Origin: Desulfatiglandales bacterium
GTDB taxonomy: Bacteria > Desulfobacterota > DSM-4660 > Desulfatiglandales > Desulfatiglandaceae
Assembly: GCA_963666345.1 (NCBI GenBank)
Contig: OY762721.1
Location: 2,848,001-2,912,000 of the forward strand
Direction: 5' to 3'
DNA length: 64,000 bases
Shown here: positions 63,031 to 64,000 of the stretch, in pieces
Numbering within the stretch: the first letter of the stretch is position 1
How the letters are laid out: every line of letters begins with the position of its first letter
Made by a program: the position numbers and the translations under genes
Notes under the pieces: generated by a model
Seen by the model: only the letters and a program-made list of their open reading frames with translations
The model's database searches: none
Told to the model about the DNA's origin: nothing

Positions 63031-64000
63031 ATTTTTCAGCCATCTGATATAAGAGCGCCAAAGTCTTTGAACCTGGTATGCCGTCGGCATTCAGACCGAA
63101 ATCCTTTTGAAACCTGGTCAGCTCTTTTAATGTCTTTTGATCGAAAAATCCGCTCGTATCCAAAAGATATCCCCGTTCACCAAGTATCTTCTGGATCATC
63201 AACACGGCTGGAGAGGTCGTTCCGATATTGCTGTCTATTTCAAGAAAGGGAAATATGCAGGAAACACTCCCATCCCATTTCCTCATAAGAAATTTCCGCT
63301 CTATTCTTCGTTTTTTCCCTGATGAGTCTTCAACCAGAACACCGTCTTTTTCTACAGAACAGACTACAAGATATAATGAAGAGGAAGGCTTTTTATTATT
63401 GCCTGAGCAAACCCTTACCCTGAACGGTTTATTAAACGTGACATAATATTCAGGTTTTATGTCGAAGGAAACAAGCTTCCAGTCAATATCTGAATCAGAG
63501 ATGCCTTCAGCGGCAGCCTCCCGGGAGAAGTTTGTAAAAAGTGCCGATATGCTGCTTTGAGCATCCATGTAAATGTCCGCCAATTTTCCGCCTTTATATT
63601 TTTTCGGATATTTAACCGGGGCAGAAAATTTAGGCTCATTGACCCCTATATTTTCCGTTGAAAACAGTTCGATATCGCCCATCATTATCCATCCGGCGCA
63701 TGTGCCTACTATAACAAGGATAAAAATCAAAACGCACTGGAAAAGGGATACTTTTTTTAACTGATCTGAAAAAGAGATCCCAAACCCTTTTTCCCCTTTA
63801 ATATCCTTGATCGCCTTTTTTGTGATATCCCCTGAAATGTCCTTTTTTTCAAGCGTATACGCTACAAGAAGTGATCTGTCACCTATCGTATTAATACGTC
63901 TTGGATTACCTTTCGAAAAATTGTATATCTCATCGATAGCACTGTCCCTGAACAGGACTGATCCATCGTTGCCTGCCACCGTCATCCGATGTTCAACATA
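63014..64000 (-). CDS. exeA: ExeA/GspA-like AAA protein, 3' part, with C-terminal peptidoglycan-binding domain
   Basis: YVEHRM..AG, SKGNPRRINTIGDRSL, TM, FQKDFGLNADGIPGSKT; runs off the window. Confidence 0.8.
   Translation of the reverse strand, partial: YVEHRMTVAGNDGSVLFRDSAIDEIYNFSKGNPRRINTIGDRSLLVAYTLEKKDISGDITKKAIKDIKGEKGFGISFSDQLKKVSLFQCVLIFILVIVGTCAGWIMMGDIELFSTENIGVNEPKFSAPVKYPKKYKGGKLADIYMDAQSSISALFTNFSREAAAEGISDSDIDWKLVSFDIKPEYYVTFNKPFRVRVCSGNNKKPSSSLYLVVCSVEKDGVLVEDSSGKKRRIERKFLMRKWDGSVSCIFPFLEIDSNIGTTSPAVLMIQKILGERGYLLDTSGFFDQKTLKELTRFQKDFGLNADGIPGSKTLALLYQMAEKYELYP

Overview
Chromosomal segment of an anaerobic deltaproteobacterium (Desulfobacterota-like, inferred from gene content and synteny). 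1-10.2 kb: a probably GntR-regulated catabolic/redox operon with two uncharacterised Cys-rich proteins, an FAD oxidoreductase, CooF, a CooS homolog lacking most C-cluster ligands, a TctCBA transporter, a URO-D-family enzyme and a ferredoxin. 10.3-13 kb: an archaeal-type tRNA-dependent cysteine pathway (SepRS + SepCysS). 13.5-40.5 kb: housekeeping genes (pfkA, pyk, argF, rmuC, CoA-transferase, mog, EF-G2, xerC-hslVU-argBDGH-lysA-dapFABL-folK-fsa-slt-pgsA, tRNA-Gly, tRNA-Cys). 40.5-57.8 kb: an accessory region with three secreted cysteine proteases of different families (C1A, C10, C25) and one hypothetical secreted protein. All four end in the same short tail, [ML]P[WF][IL][PQ]LLLxD. The region also has two c-di-GMP-I riboswitches, a group IIC intron inserted behind a riboswitch terminator and itself interrupted by an IS4 element, and nested MITE-like elements with four-helix-bundle gene remnants. 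57.8-64 kb: a yidD-like gene and type II secretion genes (gspE, gspD, ExeB-like TPR, exeA). Best candidate new system: a C-terminal sorting tag on secreted proteases, possibly linked to the adjacent T2SS. All calls come from motif recognition by eye; no searches were run.
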